This document shows, one piece after another, positions 9,087 to 19,353 of a stretch of DNA of 64,000 bases; the first letter of the stretch is position 1, and every line of letters starts with the position of its first letter. A program made the position numbers and the translations under genes. A model generated the notes under the pieces. It saw only the letters and a program-made list of their open reading frames with translations. It was not told the DNA's origin and did not search any database. The stretch is taken from the NCBI GenBank assembly GCA_965279355.1, contig OZ257155.1:1961048-2025047 (forward strand), written 5' to 3'. This DNA comes from Alphaproteobacteria bacterium. GTDB lineage: Bacteria > Pseudomonadota > Alphaproteobacteria > CACIAM-22H2.

Positions 9087-10367
9087 TCAGGCGAAACCGG
9101 TCAGCGTATCGCGGAAAATCCGCGCCGCGGTTTCGGCATCGTCCGCCGTCATCGTTTCCAGCGGCGAGTGGCTGATCCCGCCATTGCCGCAGCGCACGAA
9201 CAACATGCCGATCTCTGTCAGGCTGCCGAACATCACCGCGTCATGCCCGGCCCCGCTGGCAAGATAGGTCACCGGGACATCGGCCGCTTCGACCGCGCCC
9301 GCCAGGCGCTGCTGCATTTTTTTGGAGCAGGCGATGGCGGGCGAGCGCAGCGCTTCTGTCACATCGATCTTCACATCCCGCCGTTTGGCGACAGCCTGGA
9401 TCTCGGCCAGGATTTCGGCCAGCGCGGTATCGCGGATGCGATCGTCGCCGGAGCGCAGATCGAGCGTCATGTCGCACAGGCCCGGGATCACGTTGATCGC
9501 GCCATCCGGAACCGAAAGTTTGCCGACTGTGCCGACCAAACCCGGCACAGCGCCGCATCGTCGCTCGATATAGAGAATCAGTTCAGCCGCCGCCGCCGCC
9601 GCGTCACGGCGCGCATCCATCGGCACCGTGCCGGCATGACCTGCCGTGCCGGTGATGCGGATTAGAAGCCGCACCGCGCCGGCAATCGCCGTAACAACGC
9701 CAACCGGCAGACCGGACTCCAGCAGCACCGGCCCCTGCTCGATATGGACCTCCAGATAACCGAGGACGACCTCAGGACGGCGCGCCAGTCTGGCGATGGC
9801 CGTCGGATCGCCGCCCGCGCTTTTCACCGCCTCGCGCAGACTGATGCCATCGTCGTCCTTGCGGTCGAGCAGCGCCGGATCGAACCGCCCCACAATCGCG
9901 CTGCTGCCGAGATAGGTCGAACCGAAGCGCACGCCTTCCTCGTCGGCAAAACCGATGATCTCCAGATGGAACGGCAGGCGCTGCCGACGACGGCGCAGGT
10001 CGTCGACCACGGCAATCGGCAGCAGCACGCCCAGCCGCCCGTCGTATTTTCCGCCGTTGCGGACCGTGTCGTAATGCGAGCCGACGATCAGCGTCTTGGC
10101 CTTGGGATTGTCGCTGGCGTAGCGGCCGACGACATTGCCGATCGCATCGATCTCCGCCGTCATCCCGACCTCGGTCATCCAGGCGACGAGCTGCGTTGCC
10201 GTTTGGCGATGCGCGCGTGTCAGATAAGCGCAGGTCAGGTTTTCGGGTGAGTCAGACCAGCGCGCCAGAGTCTCCGCCATCTCCATGATGCGGGGCCCGA
10301 GCGAGGCACTTGAATCGGTGTCTGTCTTCAGAGTTGATGGCATGGATTTCGCTTCGCACCATGCCAT
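9087..10367 (-). CDS. Allantoate amidohydrolase / N-carbamoyl-amino-acid hydrolase family (M20 Zn-hydrolase, AllC-like)
   Basis: 426 aa with M20 motifs (GSHYDTV, ADEEG, GHAG). It is divergent from puuD. The start is uncertain, with alternative Met codons 8 and 28 residues in. Confidence 0.75.
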   Translation of the reverse strand: MAWCEAKSMPSTLKTDTDSSASLGPRIMEMAETLARWSDSPENLTCAYLTRAHRQTATQLVAWMTEVGMTAEIDAIGNVVGRYASDNPKAKTLIVGSHYDTVRNGGKYDGRLGVLLPIAVVDDLRRRRQRLPFHLEIIGFADEEGVRFGSTYLGSSAIVGRFDPALLDRKDDDGISLREAVKSAGGDPTAIARLARRPEVVLGYLEVHIEQGPVLLESGLPVGVVTAIAGAVRLLIRITGTAGHAGTVPMDARRDAAAAAAELILYIERRCGAVPGLVGTVGKLSVPDGAINVIPGLCDMTLDLRSGDDRIRDTALAEILAEIQAVAKRRDVKIDVTEALRSPAIACSKKMQQRLAGAVEAADVPVTYLASGAGHDAVMFGSLTEIGMLFVRCGNGGISHSPLETMTADDAETAARIFRDTLTGFA

Positions 10368-10494
10368 AGCCGTATCCCGGCGTCGATTGCCCGAAACGCC
10401 CGGCCGGCCTCAAAAAAATGTCAGCCAGACTTGAAGATAAGGCCGCCCGGCTGTCATTCTCTCGTATGCATCAGCCGCTGGGGGGCTGAGTTCC

Positions 10495-11694
10495 ATGGAT
10501 CCTATTTTACACGACTGGCTCAGTATGATGGTGCGGTGGCTACACGTCATCGCCGGCATGGGCTGGATCGGCAGCTCGTTCTATTTCATCCATCTCGACC
10601 TCAGCCTGCGCAAGCGCGAGGGCCTGCCGGCCGGCGTGCAAGGCGAGGCGTGGCAGGTGCACGGCGGCGGCTTCTATCACATGGTCAAATACATGGTGGC
10701 CCCGGCCAAGATGCCGGACGAGCTGACCTGGTTCAAATGGGAGGCCTATGCGACCTGGCTGTCGGGTTTTAGCCTGCTCGTCATCGTCTACTATCTCGGC
10801 GCCGATCTCTATCTCATCGACAGCGAACTGTTCCCGCTGACCCAGTGGCAGGCGATCGGCCTCAGCTTCGGCAGCCTTGTGCTGGCCTGGCTCGGCTACG
10901 AAGCGCTGTGCCGCTCACCCATTGGCAAGAACGAGGGACTGCTCGCCGCCGTCGGCTTCGTTTTTCTGGTCGTCCTCACCTGGGGCTTCACGCATGTCTT
11001 TTCGGGACGCGGCGCGTTCACCCAGATCGGTGCGCTGATCGGCACCATGATGGTGGCGAATGTGTTTGCCATCATCATTCCGAACCAGAAAAAGACGATT
11101 GTCGAACTTGTCGCCGGACGCGCACCCAATCCTTTCTGGGGCTGGCAGGGCAAGCAACGCTCCGTCCACAACAACTACCTGACCCTGCCGGTCATCTTCC
11201 TGATGATCAGCAACCACTATCCGCTGCTGTTCGCCACCCGTTACAACTGGCTCATCGTCGCCATCATCCTGGCGCTCGGCGGCGTCATCCGGCACTTCTA
11301 CAACTGCCGCCACGCTGGTAAGCCGCAGCCCTGGTGGACTTGGGGCGTCGCGGCCGTCGGCATGATCGCGGTGTTCTGGCTGTCGACCATGGGCCCGCCG
11401 GAGCGGCAGAGTTCTGCCCTGCCCTCAACACCGGTGACGTTCGCCGCGGCAGAAGAAGTGGTGATGTCCCGCTGCAGCATGTGTCATTCCGGATCGCCGG
11501 TCTGGGCGGGAATTGCCGCCGCGCCGAAGGACATCCGGCTGGATACGCCGGAGCGCATCCACCGCTTCGCATCGCTCATCGACAAAGTCTCGGTGCGCTC
11601 CTCGTCCATGCCGCCCGGCAATATCACCGAGATGACGGCAGAGGAGCGGTCCATTCTTGCCGCGTGGCTTGCCGCGGGCGCCAAGCTAAACTGA
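10495..11694 (+). CDS. puuD: Membrane urate hydroxylase PuuD, an integral membrane protein with a C-terminal cytochrome c domain
   Basis: 399 aa, multi-pass membrane N-terminal part, and CSMCH heme-binding motif near the C-terminus. Confidence 0.8.
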   Translation: MDPILHDWLSMMVRWLHVIAGMGWIGSSFYFIHLDLSLRKREGLPAGVQGEAWQVHGGGFYHMVKYMVAPAKMPDELTWFKWEAYATWLSGFSLLVIVYYLGADLYLIDSELFPLTQWQAIGLSFGSLVLAWLGYEALCRSPIGKNEGLLAAVGFVFLVVLTWGFTHVFSGRGAFTQIGALIGTMMVANVFAIIIPNQKKTIVELVAGRAPNPFWGWQGKQRSVHNNYLTLPVIFLMISNHYPLLFATRYNWLIVAIILALGGVIRHFYNCRHAGKPQPWWTWGVAAVGMIAVFWLSTMGPPERQSSALPSTPVTFAAAEEVVMSRCSMCHSGSPVWAGIAAAPKDIRLDTPERIHRFASLIDKVSVRSSSMPPGNITEMTAEERSILAAWLAAGAKLN

Positions 11695-11698
11695 GCGC

Positions 11699-12640
11699 AT
11701 GGCCAAGAAACCCGCCCCCTATCCCCGCGATCTCGTCGGCTACGGCCGCAACCCGCCGCATGCGCGCTGGCCCGGCCGGGCGAAGATCGCGGTCCAGTTC
11801 GTTGTGAACTACGAGGAAGGCGGCGAGAACAACATCCTGCACGGCGACCCTGCGTCGGAGGCGTTTCTCTCCGACGTGCTGGGCGCGCAGCCGTGGAAGG
11901 GCCAGCGCCACATGAATATCGAATCGATGTTCGAGTACGGCGCGCGGGCCGGCTTCTGGCGGCTCTACCGGATGCTGAACGAGCGCGGCATGCCGGCGAC
12001 GGTCTATGGCGTTGCCACGGCGCTGATGCGCAGCCCCGAGATCGTGGTGGCGATGAAAGAGGCTGGGTGGGAGATCGCCAGCCATGGCCTCAAGTGGATC
12101 GAATACAAGGACATGCCCAAGGCGAAAGAGCGCCAGCAGATGAAGGATGCCATCCGCATCCACACCGAGGCGACCGGCGAACGCCCGCTCGGCTGGTATA
12201 CCGGCCGCAGTTCGATCAACACGCTGCCGCTGGTGCTAGAAGACGGCGGCTTTCTCTATTCGTCTGACTCCTACGCCGACGATCTGCCCTACTGGGTCCA
12301 GGGGCCGAAGGGCCCTCATGTCATCATTCCCTACACGCTGGACGCCAACGACATGCGCTTCATCAACGCGCAGGGCTTTGGCGGCGGCGATGAGTTTTTC
12401 ACTTACCTCAAGGACAGCTTCGACGTGCTGTACGCCGAAGGCGAGACGGCGCCGAAGATGATGACAGTCGGCCTGCATTGCCGCGTCGTCGGACGTCCCG
12501 GCCGCGCCGCCTCGCTCGCCCGCTTTCTCGACTACGTCAAAAAGCACGACCGCGTATGGGTGCCGACGCGGCTCGACATCGCGCGACACTGGCATAAAGA
12601 GCATCGCGGCCTGGCCGACAAAGCGCCCAAGATCGCCTGA
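11699..12640 (+). CDS. puuE: Allantoinase PuuE (polysaccharide deacetylase-type)
   Basis: 313 aa with a polysaccharide deacetylase fold. It lies between puuD and uraD-hiuH. Confidence 0.8.
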   Translation: MAKKPAPYPRDLVGYGRNPPHARWPGRAKIAVQFVVNYEEGGENNILHGDPASEAFLSDVLGAQPWKGQRHMNIESMFEYGARAGFWRLYRMLNERGMPATVYGVATALMRSPEIVVAMKEAGWEIASHGLKWIEYKDMPKAKERQQMKDAIRIHTEATGERPLGWYTGRSSINTLPLVLEDGGFLYSSDSYADDLPYWVQGPKGPHVIIPYTLDANDMRFINAQGFGGGDEFFTYLKDSFDVLYAEGETAPKMMTVGLHCRVVGRPGRAASLARFLDYVKKHDRVWVPTRLDIARHWHKEHRGLADKAPKIA

Positions 12641-13527
12641 TGAACACGATCTCTCTGGAGCAGCTGAACGCCGCGCCCAAGGCCGAGTTCGTCGCGGCGC
12701 TGGGCAATATTTTTGAGCACACACCGCTGGTCGCGGAGATCGCCGCCGACCGGCGGCCGTTCGCGACACTCGACGCACTTCTGCAGGCAATGACCAAGGC
12801 GGTGCGCGGCCTCACGGCGGAGCAGCGGCTGGTGCTGATCAAGGCCCACCCCGACCTGGCCGGCAAGGCGGCGCGCGCCGGCAACCTCACCGCAGAATCG
12901 ACGGCTGAGCAGACCAGCGCCGGTCTCGACCGGCTGACCGAGGACGAATACGCGAATTTCCACCGGCTCAACGACGCCTATAAAAGCCGCTTTGGCATTC
13001 CCTTCATTGTCTGCGTGCGGCGACACACCAAAAGTTCGATCCTGCGCGAATTCGCGCGGCGCCTGAAACACGAGCGCGAGGCCGAACTCGAAACGGCGCT
13101 TGCGGAAATCCTGCGGATCGGCGCGCTACGGATCGACCAGCTCGTCACTGCCTCTGAAAAGCTCAAGCTGTCGGGTCGCATCTCCACCCACGTCCTCGAC
13201 ACCCATCTTGGCAAGCCCGCTGCGGGGGTAGAGGTGGCGCTTTTTGAGTTATCAGCAGACGGCTCGGTGCGCCTGTTGGCGACCGCGACCACCAACTCCG
13301 ATGGCCGCACCGATCACCCCTTGATCGGCGGACGGCCGGTACCGATCGGCGACTACGAGCTGCGCTTCACCATCGGCCCTTACTTCGCCGCGGCGGGCCT
13401 GGCGCTGCCGGAGCCGCCCTTCCTGAATGTCGTGCCGATTCGCTTCTCGGTCGCTGAGGCAGAGGGGCATTACCACGTCCCTCTTCTGGCAACGCCCTGG
13501 AGCTATGTCACCTACCGGGGAAGTTAA
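12640..13527 (+). CDS. Bifunctional OHCU decarboxylase (UraD) / 5-hydroxyisourate hydrolase (HiuH) fusion
   Basis: 295 aa. The N-terminal half has the UraD signature (KAHPDLAGK). The C-terminal transthyretin-like domain ends in the diagnostic YRGS. Its start overlaps the puuE stop as ATGA. Confidence 0.85.
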   Translation: MNTISLEQLNAAPKAEFVAALGNIFEHTPLVAEIAADRRPFATLDALLQAMTKAVRGLTAEQRLVLIKAHPDLAGKAARAGNLTAESTAEQTSAGLDRLTEDEYANFHRLNDAYKSRFGIPFIVCVRRHTKSSILREFARRLKHEREAELETALAEILRIGALRIDQLVTASEKLKLSGRISTHVLDTHLGKPAAGVEVALFELSADGSVRLLATATTNSDGRTDHPLIGGRPVPIGDYELRFTIGPYFAAAGLALPEPPFLNVVPIRFSVAEAEGHYHVPLLATPWSYVTYRGS

Positions 13528-13692
13528 TTTCCGGAATTTGTGACACGCCTATGGGCAAATCTCCGGCTGCTGCCTATTCTGCGGGCGATTGGCTGGCTTA
13601 CCGCTGTCTGCCAGTTGCCTTTTCGTGGCACAACGATTGCTGAAATGGTCTCAATCCGGGCAACCCGGACAATCTTGGAGGAGAGAAAACCG

Positions 13693-14703
13693 ATGAAGCG
13701 CTTCTGGGGAACACTGTGTGCAGTGATCGCGCTCGGCGCGACGGGCACTGCCACCGCGCAGACCACCGATCTGAAATTCGCCCTCGACTGGAAGTTCGAA
13801 GGGCCGTCGGCGCCGTACGTCGTCGCGCTCGACAAGGGCTACTACAAGGCCGAAGGCCTGAACGTCACCATCGATGTCGGCCCGGGCTCGGTTGCCGGCA
13901 TCGGCCGCGTCGCCGCCGGCGTCTACCCGATGGGCTTCTTCGACATCAACTCCCTTGCCAAGTTCCGCAATGAAAACCCGGACAAGGCGGTCAAGGGCGT
14001 CATGATGTTCTATGACGTGCCGCCCTTCGCCATCATCTCGCTCGCCAAGAACGGCATCAACAAGCCGAGTGATCTCGAGGGCAAGATCCTCGGCGCGCCT
14101 GCCCCCGACGGCGCTTTCGCGCAGTGGAAGGCGTTCGTTCATGAATCCAAGTTCGACGCCTCCAAGGTGAAGATCGAGAATGTCGGCTTCCCCGTGCGCG
14201 AGCCGATGCTCGCCAAGGGAGACGTGCACGCCATCACCGGCTTCTCTTTCTCTTCGGTCTTCAACCTGATGCAGGCCGGCGTGAAGAAGGAAGACATCAA
14301 GGTCATGCTGATGTCCGATCACGGCCTGGTGCTTTACGGCAACGCCATCATGGTCAATCCGGACTTCATGAAAGCAAACCCGAAGGCGATCGCCGGCTTC
14401 ATTCGCGCGACGATCAAGGGCATGCAGGACACCGTGAAGAACCCGGCCGAGTCGGTGAAGGCCGTGATGAAGCGCAACGAGACCGGCAATGAGCAGATTG
14501 AGCTGCAACGCCTCCAGATGGCGATGCAGGAAAACATCCTCACGCCTTACGTGAAGGCGAACGGCTTCGGCGGTGTCGACATGACGCGTCTGGCGAAGTC
14601 GATCGACCAGATCGCGCTGACTTATGAATTCAAGAACAAGCCGACGGCGGCTGACATGTTCACCAACGAGTTCCTGCCGCCCGCCGCGGACCGGAAACTC
14701 TAA
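13693..14703 (+). CDS. ABC transporter substrate-binding protein, NMT1/THI5-like (SsuA/TauA family)
   Basis: Signal peptide MKRFWGTLCAVIALGATGTATA followed by a periplasmic binding fold. The start was chosen inside the longer track ORF. Confidence 0.75.
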   Translation: MKRFWGTLCAVIALGATGTATAQTTDLKFALDWKFEGPSAPYVVALDKGYYKAEGLNVTIDVGPGSVAGIGRVAAGVYPMGFFDINSLAKFRNENPDKAVKGVMMFYDVPPFAIISLAKNGINKPSDLEGKILGAPAPDGAFAQWKAFVHESKFDASKVKIENVGFPVREPMLAKGDVHAITGFSFSSVFNLMQAGVKKEDIKVMLMSDHGLVLYGNAIMVNPDFMKANPKAIAGFIRATIKGMQDTVKNPAESVKAVMKRNETGNEQIELQRLQMAMQENILTPYVKANGFGGVDMTRLAKSIDQIALTYEFKNKPTAADMFTNEFLPPAADRKL

Positions 14704-14731
14704 GGATCCGATCGAGACACGAGAACAAGGG

Positions 14732-15520
14732 GTGTCCTCGTTTGTCGAAATCGACGACGTAACGCTCGTCTACAAGGCAGCAGCGGGCAATGTGCTCGCC
14801 CTGCAGGGGACGACGCTGAACGTCGGACAAGGCGAGTTTGCCGCAGTGGTCGGTCCGTCCGGCTGCGGCAAATCCTCCCTCATGAAGCTGGTGACGGGAC
14901 TGGTCCGCCCGGAGAAAGGCGGCATCGTCGTCGCCGGGTCCCAGGTCAACGGCCCGGTCAAGCTGGCCGGCATGGCCTTCCAGAATTCCAGCCTGCTGCC
15001 CTGGCGCACTGTCCTCGACAATGTCCTGCTGCCGCTCGAAATCGTCGAGCCGCATCGCAGCAATTTCCGGCGCGACAAGGCCAAGTACAAGGAGCAGGCC
15101 GAAGCGCTGCTCGCCACGGTGGGGCTTGAAGGCTTCGGCAGCCGCTTTCCGTGGGAACTCTCCGGCGGCATGCAGCAGCGCGCCAATCTGTGCCGCGCGC
15201 TGATCCACCAGCCCGCCCTGCTCATGCTCGACGAGCCGTTCGGCGCCCTCGACGCCTTCACCCGTGAAGAGCTGTGGTGCGTGCTGCGCGATCTCTGGCA
15301 GAAACTCCGCTGCACCGTCATTCTCGTCACGCACGATCTCCGCGAGGCGACGTTCCTCGCCGACACGATCCATGTGATGAGCGCCCGGCCTGGCCATATC
15401 GTGCTGACCAAGCACATCGACCTGCCGCGTCCACGCGAACTCGACGTCTGCTTCAAGCCGGAATTCACCGACATCGTGCACGAGCTGCGCGCCAAGATCG
15501 CCCAGGTGCGCGTGAAATGA
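14732..15520 (+). CDS. ABC transporter ATP-binding protein
   Basis: Walker A GPSGCGKSS, signature LSGGMQQR, Walker B LLMLDEPF. GTG start preceded by aagggg. Confidence 0.85.
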   Translation: MSSFVEIDDVTLVYKAAAGNVLALQGTTLNVGQGEFAAVVGPSGCGKSSLMKLVTGLVRPEKGGIVVAGSQVNGPVKLAGMAFQNSSLLPWRTVLDNVLLPLEIVEPHRSNFRRDKAKYKEQAEALLATVGLEGFGSRFPWELSGGMQQRANLCRALIHQPALLMLDEPFGALDAFTREELWCVLRDLWQKLRCTVILVTHDLREATFLADTIHVMSARPGHIVLTKHIDLPRPRELDVCFKPEFTDIVHELRAKIAQVRVK

Positions 15521-16293
15521 ATCCCTCGACAACGATGGAACGCCTGTCGCCGTGGCTCTTCACCATCGGCCTTTTCGTGTTCTGGGAGGCGGTGTGCCGG
15601 CTCTTCAAGGTCGACCCGTTCATCCTTCCGGCGCCGTCGATCATCTTCGAAGCAACCGTCCAGCACTGGCGGGCGCTGATGCGCCACTCCTTCACCACGC
15701 TGTGGACCACCATCGCCGGCTTCGCCATCGCCGTCGTGTTCGGCGTGGTGCTCGGCCTCGTCGTCGGCTGGTCGCGCGCGATCTATCGCGGGCTCTACCC
15801 CGTGATGATCGGCTTTAATTCGATCCCCAAGGTCGCGGTGGTGCCGATCCTGGTCATCTGGTTCGGCATCGGCGAAGTACCGGCCATCCTCACCGCTTTC
15901 CTGATCTCGTTCTTCCCGATCGTCGTGAACGTCGCGACCGGTCTGGCGACAATCGAGCCGGAGCTTGAGGACGTGCTCCGGGCTCTTGGCGCCAAGAAGC
16001 TCGACATCATGCTGAAGATCGGAATCCCGCGCGCCCAGCCCTATTTCTTCGGCTCGCTCAAGGTGGCGATCACCCTGGCCTTCGTCGGCACGGTGGTGTC
16101 GGAGACAATCGCGGCCAATTCCGGTCTCGGCTTCCTGATGGCCCAGGCCGGATCGAACTTCCAGATGCCCATCGTCTTCGCCGGTCTGCTGCTTCTCGCC
16201 GTCGAGGGCATCGTCATGTACGCCGTCTTCGCGCTGATCGAAGTCCGCTTTACCGGCTGGGCCTTCCGCTCCTCCATGAGCGCCGGTGGCTGA
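15517..16293 (+). CDS. ABC transporter permease (SsuC/TauC-like)
   Basis: A polytopic membrane protein of about 259 aa. Its ATG overlaps the stop of the ATPase gene (ATGA). Confidence 0.8.
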   Translation: MNPSTTMERLSPWLFTIGLFVFWEAVCRLFKVDPFILPAPSIIFEATVQHWRALMRHSFTTLWTTIAGFAIAVVFGVVLGLVVGWSRAIYRGLYPVMIGFNSIPKVAVVPILVIWFGIGEVPAILTAFLISFFPIVVNVATGLATIEPELEDVLRALGAKKLDIMLKIGIPRAQPYFFGSLKVAITLAFVGTVVSETIAANSGLGFLMAQAGSNFQMPIVFAGLLLLAVEGIVMYAVFALIEVRFTGWAFRSSMSAGG

Positions 16294-16409
16294 TTTTCTT
16301 TTGCATCGCAGCAATTAAATGTGACCCGGGTGCGGTTGCGCCCCCGGTGCGAGACGTCTAGCATTGTCCCCAAGAGCTTCAACGCTCACGAACACATTGG
16401 GGAAATGCC

Positions 16410-17480
16410 ATGACGACCTACAACACGCTGATCCTGGGCGCGTCCTACGGATCGCTGCTTGCCACCAAGCTCCTGTTTGCCGGCCATAAGGTGAAGGTGA
16501 TCTGCCTGCCCGCCGAAGCGGAGGTCATCAATGCCGACGGCGCCCGCGTGCGCCTGCCCATCAAGGGCCGCAAGGATCTGGTCGAAATCGATACCCGCAA
16601 GCTGCCCGGCACGCTGACTGCCGCCGGTCCCGGCGACGTCAATCCCGCCGACTACGACCTGATCGCGCTGGCGATGCAGGAGCCGCAATACCGTTCCCCC
16701 GGCGTTCGCGAACTGCTCGATGCCGTCGCCAAATCGCGCAAGCCGTGCATGTCGATCATGAACATGCCGCCGCTGCCGTATCTGAAGCGCATACCCGGCC
16801 TCGATACCGACCAGCTCAAGCACGCCTATACCGACGCGGCCGTCTGGCAGAATTTCGATCCCGCCGCGATGACGCTGTGCAGCCCCGACCCGCAGGCATT
16901 CCGACCGCCGGAGGAGAAGGTCAACGTGCTGCAGGTCACGCTGCCGACCAACTTCAAGGCCGCGCGTTTTGAATCCGACGCGCACACAGCGATTCTGAAG
17001 CAGATGCAGGCGGATATCGAAGCCATCCGTCACGATCCCGGAGACGGAATGAAGATCGAGCTGCCGGTGAAGCTCAAGGTCCACGACTCGATCTTCGTAC
17101 CGCTGGCCAAGTGGTCGATGCTGCTGACCGGCAACTATCGCTGCGTCACCAAGGACGCGGCACGCTCCATCAAGGAAGCCGTGCACACCGATATCGAAGA
17201 ATCGCGCGAGGTCTACAACTGGGTCCGCCAGTTGTGCATGAAGATGGGTGCAGCGCCCGACGATCTGGTGCCGTTCGAGAAATACGCGGCCGCCGCTCAG
17301 GGCCTTGCGCGGCCTTCGTCGGCCGCCAGGGCACTGTTTGCCGGAGCGCCGAATATCGAGCGCGTGGACCGTCTGGTGCAGAGCATCGCCGCCAGCAAGG
17401 GCCTGCGGCATCCCGTGGTCGATGCCACGGTGGCGATGGTCGACGCGCGGCTGGAGCTCAACCGCAAGAAAGCCGCCTGA
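16410..17480 (+). CDS. NAD(P)-binding Rossmann-fold oxidoreductase, ketopantoate-reductase (ApbA/PanE)-like
   Basis: 356 aa with an N-terminal LILGASYGSLLATKL dinucleotide-binding motif. The family assignment is tentative. Confidence 0.45.
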   Translation: MTTYNTLILGASYGSLLATKLLFAGHKVKVICLPAEAEVINADGARVRLPIKGRKDLVEIDTRKLPGTLTAAGPGDVNPADYDLIALAMQEPQYRSPGVRELLDAVAKSRKPCMSIMNMPPLPYLKRIPGLDTDQLKHAYTDAAVWQNFDPAAMTLCSPDPQAFRPPEEKVNVLQVTLPTNFKAARFESDAHTAILKQMQADIEAIRHDPGDGMKIELPVKLKVHDSIFVPLAKWSMLLTGNYRCVTKDAARSIKEAVHTDIEESREVYNWVRQLCMKMGAAPDDLVPFEKYAAAAQGLARPSSAARALFAGAPNIERVDRLVQSIAASKGLRHPVVDATVAMVDARLELNRKKAA

Positions 17481-17489
17481 CGAAGCGGG

Positions 17490-18998
17490 CTAGGTCAGGC
17501 TGGCGAAACGGTTGACCGTCGCCGGGCGCTGCAGCGCCTCGACGATCAGCGGCTCGAAGGCGGGGCGTTCGGCGCGGGTTGTCGCGATGAGTTCGGCGTT
17601 GTCGACATGATTGCGCGCCGCAAAGTCATCGGCTTCCGCCAGCAGGTCTTCTTCGTTGATGCGCGTGCTGCGCCCGCCTTTCAGCACGATTTCCCCGCCG
17701 ACCAGCACCATATCGATGGCGGACCCGTTCTCGTAGATCGCGAGATGATTCCAGATGTCGCCGAGCGGCCGATAATTCGCGTGCGTCAGATCGATCAGGG
17801 TGAGATCCGCATGCGCGCCGGGACGGATCACGCCGATATCGGGATCGCCGAGCACCAGGCCGCCATGCGCGGATGCCATGCGCATGGCCTGGGGCGCGGT
17901 CATCCAGCGGCTGCAATCGGGCTGGCTGATCCGGCTGAGCAGCATCGAGGTCTTGGCCTGCTCGAACATGCTGGTCCGCGTGGAGCTCAGGCTGTCGCAG
18001 CCCAGCGCCACGTTGATCCCCGCCTCCAGTAGTCGCGCCGTCGGTTGCAGTCCGCTGCCGAGCAGGAGATTGCTGACGGGGTTGTTGACCACGTTCACCT
18101 TGCGCTCGGCCGCCAGCTCGATGTCGCGATCGTTGCCCCAGACGAAATGTGCCAGCGACGATTTCGGGCCGATCAGGCCGAACTTGTCGAGATATGCAAC
18201 GAAACTGCCCTGATTGTCCGTCGGTGCCACCAGGGCCTGCGTTTTCGCCTCAAGCAGATGCGTGTGCAGGCCGATGCCGTGCTTTGCCGAGAAATCGCCG
18301 GTCATTTCCAGCAATCGAACCGTGCAGCGCTGCGGACCATCGACGCCGATCATCACCTGCATCCGGTCGCGCTTGTGAAACTGCGCGACGACCTCCTCCA
18401 GCATCGCGAAATACTCTTCGGGCGGACGCGTCTTCATCGCGCCCCAGCGGTCCTGCACGGATTTGGGGAGCCTCGTGCGGTCGATCGGCATCGAGTCCAC
18501 GTAGACCCTGTCCTCATACATCGGGGCGATGGCTGCCCGGACCCCGGCGGTCTTGTAAGCGCCGAACGCCGCGCCGATGGCTTCCACCGTCGGCACCGCG
18601 CCGTGGCGAAAATGGTCGACGGCGGAGGTGATGCCATGCTTGAGCATATCCAGCGCCTGCAGGAGCACTGCGACGCGGATGAAATTAAGATCGGCCGGCG
18701 CGCGGCGTGCCATCGCCTCCATCACAAAGAGATCGAGCGGCGCCCCCGGCACCGTGCCGCGCAGCAGCGACGAGTAGGAATGGGAATGCGAGTTCACCAT
18801 CCCCGGCATCACCAGCCGGTTCCGGCCATCAATCCGGTCCACCGGTCCCGGCCGGGGTGCCGGACTATTGGCGGGAAGCAGGGCCAGGACGCGGCCGTCG
18901 GCCACCCAGAGGTCCATGCCCTCCAGGATTTCATCGTCAATCATGGTGGCGATCCTGGCGCCAGCGATGCACAGCAGATTATCTGAAGATTTGTTCAT
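17490..18998 (-). CDS. Amidohydrolase of the TRZ/ATZ/SsnA subfamily (guanine/8-oxoguanine/aminotriazine deaminase-like)
   Basis: 502 aa with metal-binding VNSHSHSYSS and the amidohydrolase superfamily fold. Confidence 0.7.
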   Translation of the reverse strand: MNKSSDNLLCIAGARIATMIDDEILEGMDLWVADGRVLALLPANSPAPRPGPVDRIDGRNRLVMPGMVNSHSHSYSSLLRGTVPGAPLDLFVMEAMARRAPADLNFIRVAVLLQALDMLKHGITSAVDHFRHGAVPTVEAIGAAFGAYKTAGVRAAIAPMYEDRVYVDSMPIDRTRLPKSVQDRWGAMKTRPPEEYFAMLEEVVAQFHKRDRMQVMIGVDGPQRCTVRLLEMTGDFSAKHGIGLHTHLLEAKTQALVAPTDNQGSFVAYLDKFGLIGPKSSLAHFVWGNDRDIELAAERKVNVVNNPVSNLLLGSGLQPTARLLEAGINVALGCDSLSSTRTSMFEQAKTSMLLSRISQPDCSRWMTAPQAMRMASAHGGLVLGDPDIGVIRPGAHADLTLIDLTHANYRPLGDIWNHLAIYENGSAIDMVLVGGEIVLKGGRSTRINEEDLLAEADDFAARNHVDNAELIATTRAERPAFEPLIVEALQRPATVNRFASLT

Positions 18999-19080
18999 GG
19001 CGTGGCCCCTTGCTCGATGCCGTTATCGAGCAAGATACGGGCCATTTCCGGGGGTCCACTTCCCGGCATTGCGGCGCTGC

Positions 19081-19341
19081 CTAGATTGAACGGCGGGACA
19101 GGAACCAGGCAATGACAGCCGGTACGCCAAAAACAACGACGTGCACCGCGAGTTCGGCGGCGATCGAATAGCCAGCAACAATAACACCGATCCCGCCATT
19201 CACCACCGATACGGCGAGCCACACCCAGATGAAGATCAAGGATCCGTTGGCCGAAATTCCCCGGCGGTTGAGAAGCCGCCCGCCAAAAAAGAAAGCGGCC
19301 AGCAACACAAGACCGGAGACCGTCATGGTCAGCATATGCAT
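19081..19341 (-). CDS. Small membrane protein with 2-3 TM helices, function unknown
   Basis: 86 aa hydrophobic ORF immediately downstream of ltrA-like. Confidence 0.4.
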   Translation of the reverse strand: MHMLTMTVSGLVLLAAFFFGGRLLNRRGISANGSLIFIWVWLAVSVVNGGIGVIVAGYSIAAELAVHVVVFGVPAVIAWFLSRRSI

Positions 19342-19353
19342 GACTGCAAGCTC

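Noticed and set aside
13651-14508. 285-aa minus-strand ORF
   Set aside because: It is antisense to the NMT1-like binding-protein gene and is a high-GC artefact.
14770-16314. 514-aa minus-strand ORF
   Set aside because: It is antisense to the ABC ATPase and permease genes. Its composition (R/G/D-rich) has no domain features.
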